Below, piece after piece: positions 46,179-57,724 of a DNA stretch of 64,000 nucleotides. This DNA comes from a virus (Duplodnaviria; Caudoviricetes). The DNA is taken from positions 160,001-224,000 of the IMG/VR virus record IMGVR_UViG_3300047321_000298; one strand, written 5' to 3'. The position numbers and the translations under genes were made by a program. How positions within the stretch are numbered: position 1 is the first letter of the stretch; each line of letters begins with the position of its first letter. The notes under the pieces are model-generated. The model had not been told where the DNA came from and did not search any database. It saw nothing but the letters and a program-made list of their open reading frames with translations.

Positions 46179-47687
46179 GTTTCTGGTGCTTGCACAAATC
46201 GTCAATAACTGTATAATTGGTCATGTTGGATTCGAAACGAACCAGGAGCAGGAAATGAACGACCTTGACATCATGCTTGAAGTGAACACGATGACACCGG
46301 CAAAGACCGCACGGCTCACCGCTGACTTCACGCGAGCAGCGGGCGCGGCACCCATTCTCATGAACGTACGGATGATCAGCCCCGCTCTCGATATGACGGT
46401 CGGCTTTGACTCTGAACTCGCAGCCTTCAAGCTCGCATACTACTTTCGCGAACACGCTCAATCCCGCGTTCGCGTGGAGGAAGCGAGCGTACCAGGCGTT
46501 TTTCTCGTGATTCTGACTCCGAAGGCTTAAAACAATGAACAGCGAACGAATTGCGCAGATCGCGCGTGAACTCAAACCCGCTTACGAGCCGGTGCTCGCT
46601 GCGTGGCGTGCTATCGACTCGAACGCGGGCTCAGGCGTCGAGCAGATGCAGGCGCTCGCTAACGCGTGCGCAGCGTACAACGCGAAGTATCTGGAGCAAG
46701 TGCCTGTGCTCGCGTCGGTTACGCCCAACAGCGAGCAGACGTTGCGCCAGGCGTTCTACCCGAAGGACGAATATTCGACGTACCCAACGCCTGAATTTCT
46801 GATGAACGTCGCGAATTACAACTCGTTCAACGACAAGCTCTGGCGCAAGGGTTCGGGATTCTTACGCGAACCGTCGAACAACTTCACTTTCTAGGGAGCT
46901 TTATGGGCACACGGGCAAACAAGAATTCACCACCGACCGTCCCAGAAGGGTACCGTGTGTATCAAACACTGGTAGGAACATGGCGATGGTCGAAGGGCGT
47001 GTTCGGCACCTCAAACTGGACTGATGGCGAGAATCTCCCGAACGAAGATGCAGCCATCCGCGACGCAATTCGAGACGCGTCGGCCAAAGATACGTATTGA
47101 CGTTTTGTGCAGCCCCCGTATAATGAGTCTTGTGGTTGAGACGGAAACGATACGGGGGTTTGATATGAACGCAGCGCAACTGTTCCAGGACATCGAGACT
47201 GGTGCTCTCACGGAGGTGGTGGAAGCAGCAAACACCTTCTACCATGAAGTACGCGGACTGAACGCGCGTCAGCAGTTCTTCATCTACCCGGACGGCCTTA
47301 TTTACGCGCTCACCTGCTGTGATGCCAGCTATGAGGTCGTGCGTCTGGTGGACGATAACGAAGCGATTTTCATGCATCGCTACCCGCAATATTTCGAACA
47401 GGTCTGATCATGACAAAGTATTTTGTTGAGAACGAAAACACGCTGGTCTATCTGATTGAAAACGGTAGCTATGGCATTCTTCGCGGCAGTGTACTGCGAG
47501 GCGGCCGTAACGATCTGGATGGCTGGTTTCCTGGCGCATGCGTTGGTGCTTTGCGCCCCGCAACGCGGGAGGATTTCGACACGTACCGCGTGATGCTTCC
47601 ACGCGATTTCGTAGACCCTGCGTGAGATAGTTGTTGACGTTTTGTGCAGAAGGAGTACAATCGTTTCTGTGACTGGGAGAAACGATT

Positions 47688-47975
47688 GTGATGACCTTGA
47701 CTGTTACTGCTGAGTTTGATGCCTGGCTCCTTCGGGTGCGGGATCGGCAAGCGGCGATGGCTGTGGTCGGTCGGCTCAACAGGGCACGGGCAGGAAACCT
47801 CGGTTTGTGGAGGGGTGTTGGTGGTGGCGTGGCTGAAATGAAGATCGACATCGGCCAAGGCTACCGGGTTTATTTCGTGCAACGTGGCGAACAGGTTTTC
47901 GTGCTTTGCGGTGGCAACAAGGCTACCCAGGCAGCAGACATTCGGCGGGCGCAAGTGCTCGCGCGTGAGGTGTGA
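47688..47975 (+). CDS. addiction-module killer protein (HigB/RelE-like, HI1419 type)
   Basis: FDAWL..VRD...RLNRARAGNLG...GVAEMKIDIGQGYRVYF...LCGGNKATQAADI. Confidence 0.88.
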   Translation: MMTLTVTAEFDAWLLRVRDRQAAMAVVGRLNRARAGNLGLWRGVGGGVAEMKIDIGQGYRVYFVQRGEQVFVLCGGNKATQAADIRRAQVLAREV

Positions 47976-47982
47976 GGTGGAG

Positions 47983-48249
47983 ATGATGGAATTCGACGCT
48001 GCTAGATACTTGAATGACGACAACGATTGCCGTCTCTACCTCAATCAAGCTTTGGAGAACGGTGATCCACTCGAAATTCAAACGGCACTCGCGGATATTG
48101 CGCGGGCACAATGCACCAAGGCAAACATTGACAGCGCGGTGCAGCAGGCGCTCGCTCAGGGCGCTGCAGACTTCGCGACCGTCATAGCCGTGATCAACGC
48201 ATTAGGCATGCGACTCACGGCCCAAGAGAATCCGAGCAAGCAAGAATAG
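47983..48249 (+). CDS. addiction-module antidote (HI1420 type) with apparently degenerate HTH
   Basis: FDAARYL...YLNQALENGD...ALADIARA...FATVIAVINALG. Confidence 0.8.
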   Translation: MMEFDAARYLNDDNDCRLYLNQALENGDPLEIQTALADIARAQCTKANIDSAVQQALAQGAADFATVIAVINALGMRLTAQENPSKQE

Positions 48250-51200
48250 TTGTTGACGTTTTGTGCGTCGATCTGTACAATGGGTTCTGTTGGATGTGAA
48301 ACGAACCAGGAGCTAGAAATGAGCCAGCAGCAAAAGCCGATGAGCAAGAGCGCGATCCTCCGGGGCCTTCGTATTCAAAAGCGTGAGGATCAGCATCGTC
48401 CGGAGTGTTTCTACTTCTACGTGGAAATCGGTCAAGGCGAAACCTATCGCGCTTTCGGTCTGAGCCTCAGCGAAAAGGGCGCGAAGGAACTCCGCGCGAC
48501 CATTCGCAAGCAACCTGATCAATTCGGCATCGTTTAATTGAATTTCGCCGTAAGAACCAGAAGGTAACGAAATGACTGAGGCGCAACGGATAGAAGTCCT
48601 CGAAGCGGAAAACAAGAAGCTCCGTGAGGCACTCGCGAAGGCCCTGACGATCATGAAGACTCAGGAGCGGAACCTCGGCACGGTGGGCCTCTCGGTCATC
48701 GCTCTTGCTGAAAACCTTGTCAAATAAGTGGAGAAGAAATCATGGGTTTGATCGTTGACGTTTATCGCAGCGCGTCCCGTATGGGGGATTGCACGCTTGG
48801 CGGAATCTCCAGCCGCTTCACTCGTCTGTGCGTTGTGAATGTTGGCGGCCCTTTCGAGCCCGATGACGAGACTCCCGCCGTTATTCTGAATGTCCGCAAT
48901 ATCATGGGCGGCCAGAAAGTTCTGAGCATCGTGCCTGCCGAAAAGATCGGTGGCGGCTATGAACCGGTTAAGTCGTGGGTCATGATGGGCGGCAACTACG
49001 CTGCAACTCCCGACTCGCGTTTCTCCGAGAAGTGTGAGGAACTGACGGGCCAGTCGTTTTACGGTGCTGTCGCCATTCACGACCGGATTGAATCGTGAGC
49101 GATGCGCAGATTGAACTGCTGCTCCGTCTGATCCGGGCAGATCAGCAGTACCACGAGAAGAAAGAGGCTGGTGAGCCAGTCTCTCGTGACTATCGTGGTG
49201 TTGAGGTCGGACCGATCAACGGCGTAAATATGCGCACTGCTCAATGGCTGTGCGAACAGGGACTGGCCGAAATGATCGATCTGTTCGGCAACGGACGTAG
49301 CTGGATTTTTCTGGGGAAATATTGAGGACCATGAGCAGCACCGACCTGAAATATAGAAATGCCGCAGACGCGGTCGATGCGCTGGATGCGTATCTGGACG
49401 CACGTGCGGAGTACGACGCGGCCAAGGCCCAGTGCGAAGAGAATCACGGCGTCGTGATCTACGATGTCATTCACAAGGAACAGGACGCGAAAGATGACGC
49501 GCGTGCGCGTCTGTACTACGCCCTGCGTGCCGTTCAAGGATAAGAACCATGGCTGAAGTGATTGGACCCTGCAGCACACTGCCTGGCGCGTTGCATAAGG
49601 TACCGGCAGGCACGATGTGCGATAAGCATCACGATGTCCCAGCTACGCACCGGGTGCAGGGCGCAACTGATTCGTTTGGTGCTGAACTGAACGACAAGTG
49701 CCAAGCCTGCTACGACAAGTACAGGGCTGCGGTTGATGAGCACAAGGCCGAAGCCGCCACCGGCACCTGTGACTGGTGCCGAAGCCACGCAACCGATTTG
49801 CGGCCCCGTAGGGACTTCGAGGAAGGCATGTACGGGCGTGTGTACGATGTATGCGGGGCATGCGTCAAGAAAGAAAACGAACGGCTCCAAGACGAGCTAG
49901 ACGACGATTACTGATCAAGAGTTGTACGCGGTAAGCTGCACCCCAAGTTAAGCCCACTATTTGTGGGCTCTTTTTCGTTTTGTTGTTGACGGTTTGTGCA
50001 GACGGGGTATAATCGGTTTTGTGGCAGGACAAACGTAACGGGAGCGAAAAATGACCATCAACAGAGTGACCCTTGAAAACGGCAACGTTCAGTTCGAAGA
50101 CTACGCAGCGAGTTCCGCTGCTCCGTTTGTAGGCATGGCGATGGAACTGCCGATGTGCGCGAGCGGTTGGACCGTGGGGCGCTTTGAAGTGATCGGCGTG
50201 TCTCCGCACCCCGTGGACGCAAACATGGTGGTAGCGGAAGCGAGGCGGGTGGCGTGATGCGCTACAGTGTGCGCGCGTACGAAAGTAGAGCGGCGGGTGA
50301 ATCCGGCCGCTTTACGCCCCTTGACCGGTTCCAGACGGGCGATAGCCGAACGGCTGAACACGGAGCGCGTCAATTAGCAGATGGCTACGGCGCGGCTGTT
50401 ATCGAAGATACTGAGACCTGCAGTCGAACCTGGCTTACTCGGAGGTAGCATGGAAATAAAGGCATTCTGGCAATTCAACAAGGCCCTGGAGCAGGGGCCG
50501 TACGCGTGGCCCGGTGGCTACCCTACGTATTTCCTTTGTCGTGATGGTGAGGCGCTGTCTTTCAAGGCAGCACAGGATAACGCGGGGCTGATACGCGATG
50601 CGCTGATCACGAACGACCGCAACTCAGAGTGGTTCGTTGTCGCGTTCGACGTGAACTGGGAAGACACCGATCTGATCTGCTCGCATACCGGCGAGAAAAT
50701 TGAGTTTGCGTACGGCAACGATTGATAGTTTGGTAAGAAGGGGGCCGAAAGGCTCTTTTCTTCGTTTTATTGTTGACGGTTTGTGCAGCAGGTGTATAAT
50801 CGATTCTGTTGGATGTGAAACGAACCCGGAGCTAGAGATGGCGAAGAAGATTCTAAAAGCTGAAACCACGGTGGGCTGTTTTTCGCGGGCGTCAGAGACA
50901 GAGTACAAGTTCGTTAAGGTGTGGTCAGCGCCGCGCTTCGAACGGTATCGAGACACGCGCGCCAGTACCGGAAAGCCAGGACACTGGCATAAAAACAAGG
51001 GATTTGAAGTTACCTGGCATCAAACGCGCGATGCGGCGGAACGGGCGAAGTGCAAGTGGGTCAGTGATGCAGTGTGCGTCGGTATCTTTCCCGTGGAATC
51101 GATAGGCTGACAACCAAGTCGCCGCTCCCGGGTCAAACCCGGGGTCTCGCTGAAATCATTCAATAGCAAAGTACAGGATGGGGTAAATCATGGTTCGATA

Positions 51201-53479
51201 CATCATGCCAACGGCGCACCAAAGAGAGATGATTCAGCGCTGCATTCGTTCGGGTATCCCGATGGCGGAAAAGTTCGAGTACCCCGACGGTGTCAAAACC
51301 AGTGTTGGATACATGGCGCTCACCTACGAGAAGCGCGGCAACTACCACTACCTCAACGGCAAGCGTGTCGCCCGCAATTTCGTGCTCGATGCAGGGCACC
51401 AAGGTTTGGTAGGCGATTGAATACACGTTTCGCCCACACGGAAAAGGACATGATCACATGACGACCGACAAAGAGGCTCTGTTCAACTACCAGCTACTGG
51501 GCCGATTACAGCAGGACTGTGAGTACTATCTAGGTCACGGTAACCGAGCGAAAAAGCACCTTTGGGCCGGTGATGAAGCTGAGCAAATCGCAAAAATGAA
51601 AGAAATTTACGAAGGGCTGAGCGAGAAACCGGAGTGGATTTCGCTTGAGAAAATTGCCGAGTACGAAGCGGCAATGACTGCGAGTCAGTAGCCCCTTGGT
51701 GCAAGTCAGCAGCGACGACTGGGCTGGTGGTAGCAGAAGGGGTCTAAGGCCCCTTTTCTTCTGTTTATGTTGACGCTTTGTGCACAGGTCCGTATAATCG
51801 TTCTTGTGGTTGAGACTTTCCTGGAGAACGCGATGGACCGTTTCGTTGTGTTGGTTTTCGTTGGTGCTAGCGCTACCGTGATCGATGGCGAGCCGCTGAT
51901 CTGCGACGGCTGCAGCGATGAGGTAGAACTCGAAAACTGGGCTGTTGAGAAGTTCGCTAACGGCCGGGAAGTCTTCAACGTGGTTTGCGTTGCTAGCGAG
52001 CGGAACGCAATGGCGTACATCGCGCGGTTTGGCTACGAGTTTGTTGCGGAGTGAAAAATCATGGCACGTAAAGAGCCCCTGATGGTGCAGGTTAGCAGCA
52101 ACGGTCAGGTGATCGGCAAGCTGACGACTCAAGAATTCATGGACTACGCGAAGAAGAACTTCGGCATCGGTAGCCAACGTTTCCTGGGCGACTACGTGAA
52201 GTGTTTCAACGAGGGCAAGGCACGGATAGGTGAGCCGGAACGCGTTGAACTGATCCTCAACAAGTGAGCAGGTTCGGAGAACGAAGTGATCAAGCGTCCT
52301 GTTGGCGTTAGAAAGGCTCCTGAGCCGATCATGTGGTCGGTTGAGCATTTCGGCTACTTCCCGCCTGAGTATGGCCGTGAGGTGGCGGTGTTCTGGGACC
52401 AAGCTGCGGCCTATGCGTGCAGCGAAGAGCGCAACAAGTTTAACTACTGCACAGACGTTCAGGTCTATGCGTATGCGGATGAATAGCGGACGTGTGTCGC
52501 GCTAACGATGATGAAAAAGGAAAGGGTGGGCGATGGCACTAAAGGACGGCAATTATCTAGCCACGTGCAAGGAGAGGAACCCGTTGGCCGCTGCGGTGAA
52601 CGGGCACCACCGCGTGTGGCCTAATGCTACGTGTGTGGTCAAGAGAGGATTCGCGAGATTCAAGCGCGACGGTGACGAAGTCTGGAGTTGCAACGCGACT
52701 TACGCGGAAGCGCACTTCAAGCTCGAACCACTCGACTGATTTACTGTTGACGTTTTGTGCGTCGTTCTGTACAATGGGTTCTGTGGTGATCAGAAACGGA
52801 CTGGAGAACGAGATGGCACTGACGGCAACTCAAACGACTGGCGGGAGGGCTCTTCCTCAGTTCGTGCTTGAAATCCTGGCAACGAGATTTTCCCCGGCTG
52901 AAATCAGCATCATTGATCAGAACTGGAACCGATACAGCCAGATGTCTTTCAGCAATTCGTGTGCAGACGAATTCCTTCTCCAGGGCGACCTCATACTGAT
53001 GCTTGAAAGGACTTGATCATGGCAAGGAACTGGTTCATGAGTGGGTGCGATAAGTTCGGCAACCCCGAGGGTCAACGGCAGAACATCACTGAGGTGGTGC
53101 TCGATACCGCTGGTGAAGAAGTTTTTGATGCGAACAGCGGTGAGCAGGAGATGGCTGCTCAGGCACTGGTCGAAAGCGCGTACGGCACGACCGCTGGCTA
53201 CTGCAACGGCACCTACTGGACCGAGTGAGAAACTATGACAGCGACTATTATTTTCCGGAACGGACAAGGCGGATTTGTTGAGGCGTTCGAGGCAATTCGC
53301 CTTGGCTACGACTACGACGGCTATAACCTGTACGCTGGTGGCATCCGCCGTAACCCCATCGAAGTGGTGGAATGCACGGCTGTTGATGTAGCTGAGTCGT
53401 CCATTGACGGTGTGAGTTTCTTCCGTACAGAGACCGGCCGTGTGTACAAGACAATCCAGTGAGTGGTGACAGAGCCAAG

Positions 53480-53510
53480 AAAAAGCCCGGAATCCCGGGC
53501 TTTGCTTTTT
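53480..53510. terminator. bidirectional terminator at the convergent junction
   Basis: aaaaagcccgg-aatc-ccgggctttgcttttt between the + and - gene blocks. Confidence 0.8.
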
Positions 53511-53516
53511 GGTGAC

Positions 53517-53699
53517 CTACTGCGTTGCGTGCCAGTCAGCCGCTGTCAGTGACGGGCTCTCACCCGCGTCGAATTCACGGCGGAACCAATCCTCGTTGTC
53601 GTAGGGAACGTGCTTGGCTTCAAGCATGTCAATACCAAGCTTGGTCAGTTCGTGTGACACGGCCGATGCCCAATCATCAAAAGTGCGGTGTGCCGCCAT
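53517..53699 (-). CDS. hypothetical protein
   Basis: RBS ggag; last gene of the leftward block. Confidence 0.55.
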   Translation of the reverse strand: MAAHRTFDDWASAVSHELTKLGIDMLEAKHVPYDNEDWFRREFDAGESPSLTAADWHATQ

Positions 53700-53715
53700 A
53701 CGGGAGTCCTCCGGT

Positions 53716-54039
53716 CTATCGGTCTTGGCGAGTGTCCCAGACGCGCAAAAGAGCTATCGCAGTCGGTTCCTCAGAGTACGGGGGTAGAACTTCATAGTGC
53801 AATTCATAGCGCCCCGCCAGACATACCCAGCGATGAACTTCGCGTGCGGGAGGTCCATCGTAGCCGTCAAGCTCTTCACCGAGTCGGTGGAAGTGATCTT
53901 GTCCAAGCCGATCTGCTTCATCGAGTAGAGCATTGACGATACGTCGGGCCGCTGCTCCATCGTTGAATTTTTTCACGTGGTCAGCGATCAGCGCCAGGTC
54001 GGACATGGCTTTAGAAGTAGGTAGGACCTTGACCTTCAC
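53716..54039 (-). CDS. ParE/RelE-family toxin
   Basis: VLPTSKAMSDLALIADH...AARRIVNAL...GRYELHY...LLRVWDTRQD. Confidence 0.85.
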   Translation of the reverse strand: MKVKVLPTSKAMSDLALIADHVKKFNDGAAARRIVNALLDEADRLGQDHFHRLGEELDGYDGPPAREVHRWVCLAGRYELHYEVLPPYSEEPTAIALLRVWDTRQDR

Positions 54040-54305
54040 GCTTCGGGCACCGGCTGTTCGTTATCGGTTCCAATGCTGTCGGCCCAGACGCGTGCCTGAT
54101 CCATCGGGACGAATCGGCCCGCAGTCACATCGTCCAGTCCTTCCTGAATCAATCGACGCTTCTCCGCTTCTCGTGAGAGAAACTGGACCAGCGCTTTCTT
54201 GACGATCCACTGACGCGGCCGGTCAAGCAGCGCGGAGAGGGCGTCCACTTCCTGCGCTAGTTCGACCGGCACCTGAGCCGTGAGGGTTCGAGTTTCAGCA
54301 GTCAC
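54036..54305 (-). CDS. CopG/RHH antitoxin
   Basis: TLTAQVPVELAQEVDALSALLDRPRQWIVKKAL; GTGA overlap with the toxin. Confidence 0.85.
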   Translation of the reverse strand: MTAETRTLTAQVPVELAQEVDALSALLDRPRQWIVKKALVQFLSREAEKRRLIQEGLDDVTAGRFVPMDQARVWADSIGTDNEQPVPEA

Positions 54306-54335
54306 AGGGGCCTCCTATTGAAAACTAACTGAGTC

Positions 54336-54365
54336 TATTGTAAATCAATAAACCCGTCACTTCAA
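54336..54365 (-). promoter_or_regulatory. TA operon promoter with palindromic operator
   Basis: Minus strand TTGAAG-N17-TACAAT; TATTG-N5-CAATA at 54336-54350 overlaps the -10. Confidence 0.6.
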
Positions 54366-54390
54366 GGAGACGCCACACGGATTTGAGGGC

Positions 54391-54984
54391 TCAGGCTGCG
54401 CTCTGTTGGCACGAACTGAGTTCCGCCTCCAGGGTTAAGAGTCGTTTTGATCGAGCTTTGAGCCGCTTAACGGGCGTCCCGAAATACATACCCCAAGGAT
54501 CGAGAGACTTCGTCACCAACGACATCGCACCAACGGACGATCCTTCACCGATCCGACAGCCAGGCAGGATGACAGTGCCCGATCCGACAATGACGTGTCG
54601 TCCAAGTCGGACCGGCGCAACCTTCACATTCAAATACTGACGAGGTACGGTCGGGTTCGTGAGCGCCGCGCCAGAGTAATCGTCCGACACGCTATAGACA
54701 CGCACACCCTGAGACAATCCACAGAAGTCCTCCAGTTCGATGCCTCCACCACCGGCCATAAAGCACATACCTCCGATGTGCACGTATGAGCCGATGCGTA
54801 TATGCCCGCTCGAAGCAGACAGGACACTGGGTCCGTCGATACGCACGTTACTCCCGAACGTCATGTTTTCGATGCCGACGACCGTACAGTTTTTCGCGAC
54901 CCTAACGTTGCTGCCCACGGAGGGCGAGCCGAACTGTTTCAATTCTTCTTCGGTCCAGTAGCCTGGATTGAGCGGGTTTTGCAT
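54391..54984 (-). CDS. hexapeptide-repeat (LbH) sugar acyltransferase, VioB/galactoside acetyltransferase-like
   Basis: Repeated [LIV]-G-x4 hexapeptides; SDDYSGAALTNPTVP; VGAMSLVTKSLDPWGMYFGTP. Confidence 0.88.
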   Translation of the reverse strand: MQNPLNPGYWTEEELKQFGSPSVGSNVRVAKNCTVVGIENMTFGSNVRIDGPSVLSASSGHIRIGSYVHIGGMCFMAGGGGIELEDFCGLSQGVRVYSVSDDYSGAALTNPTVPRQYLNVKVAPVRLGRHVIVGSGTVILPGCRIGEGSSVGAMSLVTKSLDPWGMYFGTPVKRLKARSKRLLTLEAELSSCQQSAA

Positions 54985-55109
54985 GTGAGTCCCTCGCGCG
55001 CCGGGGCGAGCTAAAAAGTGGATTTGCCTTCAGGCCGCCCGCAAACGACGACCCGATGCATCGCCTATACTAGCCAGTGAGGCGAGGAACGGTTTTCGCA
55101 AACAAAAGC

Positions 55110-55148
55110 AAAAAGCCGCGCCAATTCGATGCTTTGAATGAGCGCGGC
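55110..55148 (-). terminator. intrinsic terminator (minus strand)
   Basis: gccgcgc...gcgcggc stem with an A-run on its left side. Confidence 0.55.
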
Positions 55149-55197
55149 AAGTCAGTGTTCGGCAAAACAGGCGGTACGGCTATTCAGCACTTAACGG

Positions 55198-57365
55198 CTA
55201 CTCGCTCTCAAGTCGCGAGATTTCCTCATCCACTGTGGGTGGCGTAGGCAGACCGAGTTTTTTGCGTTCAGCGTCCACTGTCGGTCCGGTTCTTTCGTAG
55301 CCACCCAGCTTGATTTTGTGGCGCACAGCGCGCCCGTCAGGGAGCCACCCGTTGAACGCCCAATCGCTGCCATTGATGCGCCCATGCTTGCACAGGAATT
55401 CGTGCACCGCGAAAACGAGCTTCTCAAGCTCACGACTTTCACTTTCCGTGAAGCTGTCGAACATTGATGACTCCCTCAGATTTGACATAAATCTAATTAT
55501 CAACAATTGAACGAGCGTTCACTTTTCTGTCAAGGACCTGGCGCAGCAGCGGCCGGAAGCGTTGCTGTTCGCTTCACAATCTCGCCGTCCCGATACTCGA
55601 ACCCGTTTTCATCCATCCACGTCTGCGCAGCCTGAATGATCGCGTCGTCCAACATGAGTCTCTCGACCTCGTTGGCGGAAAGGCGAACGCCGGTTCCTCG
55701 AAGGCCAGCGCGATAGATGCGCGCGTGCGGATTGTCCTTTATCTCTTCCATTGCTATCCCTGTCGTATGTCTGTCAGGGTCAATGCTCGCAAACGATCAT
55801 CGTCGTCGTATGGCGACCCGTCCGTCAGCGCGCGCCATGAGATATAGACGCCATGAGCCATGCACCGCAGGACGTGTGCGCGTTCACCCTCAGCGGTTTC
55901 CGACGCCTGCTGCATCAACCTCTTAATTTGTGTTTCCGCATTCCGGGTAATCTGCTGGTGTGTCCAGCGCGTTGGATTGCTCATCGCGTGTTAGCCGATT
56001 CCCCGGCTGGCGTCCAACGCGGAGCCAACTGATCTTCGATGCGGGGGCGCTCTGTGAATCCAAGCCGAACCAAAAACTCGCGAACCTGTTCTTCGGTCTC
56101 GAACGGCCTAAAGTGTTGGGTGCCTGCGCTAAACCCCGGCTGGCAAATTTCGACCACAGGATAAGTACCAGACATCGCTTTGCGGCCGAACCGAAAAACT
56201 GCACCGGGTGCCGCGCGCTTGCCAACCTCGTCATTCATCGCGATCATCCAGCCGTCGATGGGTTCTGCGATAACCTTGGGACTGTCTTCCATTCGTTAGT
56301 TCTCCACAATGTCGATGACTGGTTGATTAGAGTTTACCGCCGACAGGTGAATCGAGGATGGCGTTGATGTTTTCGATATCGCCAAGGCCCGACAACTTGA
56401 TCAGCTTGGTGAGGTTTTGATACGAGACACTGATCGTCTGAGCTTCAACATCAATCTCGTTTTCGGCCACGATGTCTAGCACCAGTTCCTGCAGATCGGT
56501 TCTTCGCGGTGTGCTCACGTTAAGTCCTCATCAATGTAAATATCTGGCTTCTGCGTTTCGCCCGCAGCCGCCTGTTATTTCTTTTTGCCGTGCAGAATGA
56601 AAATACCGGGCGCTAGGTGCGTGATGTCCGGATCGGCCGGACCCTTTGCATAGCAGTGACCCGTTTGCGTGTCGAAGATAGCCCACCGCCGACCGCTCGA
56701 ATACGCGTCTTTCCAGCGAAGCGCCGAATCGTAGTCCGTGAAAGTGTCCAAGCTGTCCAGGCATTCACCCGTACTCTCGTAAATCTTGACCTCGTAACCC
56801 ATAACCGCCCCACTCCTAACTGTTCTGTACATCGTCTAGCGCTTGGACCGCATCGCTGAGGTCCGTCAGGTCCTCAATCTCATCGAGCGCTACGATTGCT
56901 GTATCGAGACTATCAACCGCAGCTTCCGCTGTCTCCCCTCGCTGCCCTGCCCTCAAACTTTCCGGCATGTTATCGAGTGCTTCCTGCTCTTCATCTCGCA
57001 CCGCTTCGAGTGTGGTTCGGATACTTTCGCCCTCCGCTTTCAGTTCTTCGATCAGCACCTTCAACGCTTCAAGACGCGAACGCTGCGTCTGGATGATTTT
57101 TCGTCTAGTGCCGTTCATAGGATTAGAGTTGAGCGCGTCCGGAATCCGTCAAGCGCACGGCTCTATACATGAGCCCCTGCCCTTTGGCGATAAAACAGCT
57201 AGGCGCGCTTGACTGCACCTCTTCGTCGCTCACGAGTTCAGCGAGCCCCTTCGCCATGAGCGCATCGAGCGCCGATCCGTAGCACTCTCCATACGGGCTG
57301 AATGGTGCCTCTCCTAGCCACTGTAGCAACCGGCGTTCTGTGCTGTTCAGTTCGATCTGTGTCAT
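55198..57365 (-). other. leftward run of small hypothetical genes
   Basis: CDS 55198-55464, 55530-55751, 55754-55984, 55981-56292, 56327-56518, 56575-56832 (start uncertain), 56816-57118, 57123-57365. Confidence 0.7.
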
Positions 57366-57606
57366 CCGGCCTCCGCTTATGCACAGGGTTGTGCACCGAA
57401 ATTGTGGACAACCTCCATCCCCTCTGCAAGCCGATTTTCTCTGCATTTGTGTGCGCGGTCGCGGGGCAGACAGTTAGTTGTGTTTTGCGGCAGTCGCCGA
57501 AAATTTCCCCAGCGCCCTGCCCTCCCCTACCGTCGATCCTTCATCCTAGTTCTAGCTTTCTCCCGCAAACCCAGGCTGGATAAGGCTTACCCAGGGAAAA
57601 GTTAAC

Positions 57607-57679
57607 TTGCAGAAGATGAGTTAACCGTATACATTCCGACCAATTCGCCATTTTACGGAAGTTGCAGCGAAAAATGGCG
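57607..57679 (+). promoter_or_regulatory. putative parAB promoter with operator-like repeats
   Basis: TTGCAG-N17-TACATT; GTTAAC at 57601 and 57620; inverted repeat CGCCATTTT/AAAATGGCG at 57646-57679. Confidence 0.45.
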
Positions 57680-57724
57680 ACCACTTCAGTAAATAACCAC
57701 ACTGCCAATGAAGGGGAGTCCAAG

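Larger units (their letters stand above)
44521..52775 (+). promoter_or_regulatory. nine sigma70 promoters carrying the 15-bp element (right early cluster)
   Basis: Forward copies 47097, 47634, 48253, 49986, 50773, 51770, 52747; reversed copies 44522-44536 and 46191-46205 giving TTGCAC-N16-TAAGAT and TTGCAC-N16-TATAAT. Confidence 0.85.
46255..53462 (+). other. cluster of small early-type hypothetical genes in promoter-headed cassettes
   Basis: CDS 46255-46530, 46535-46894, 46903-47100, 47165-47407, 47410-47625, 48319-48537, 48742-49098, 49095-49325, 49322-49543, 49549-49914, 50051-50257, 50254-50448, 50450-50725, 50838-51110, 51190-51420, 51458-51691, 51833-52054, 52061-52267, 52286-52486, 52533-52739, 52813-53016, 53013-53228, 53235-53462. 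Confidence 0.75.

Noticed and set aside
47165-47407. N-terminus MNAAQLFQ as another leader
   Set aside because: Lacks the invariant R-L and sits behind an early promoter; treated as chance.
51121-51150. Possible tRNA or ncRNA at cccgggtcaaacccgggg
   Set aside because: A single short hairpin with no cloverleaf or T-loop; no tRNA gene was found anywhere in the window.
9997-52813. Repeated 15-70 bp sequences as a CRISPR array
   Set aside because: Copies are separated by whole genes at irregular distances (hundreds to thousands of bp) and coincide with promoters; no cas genes.
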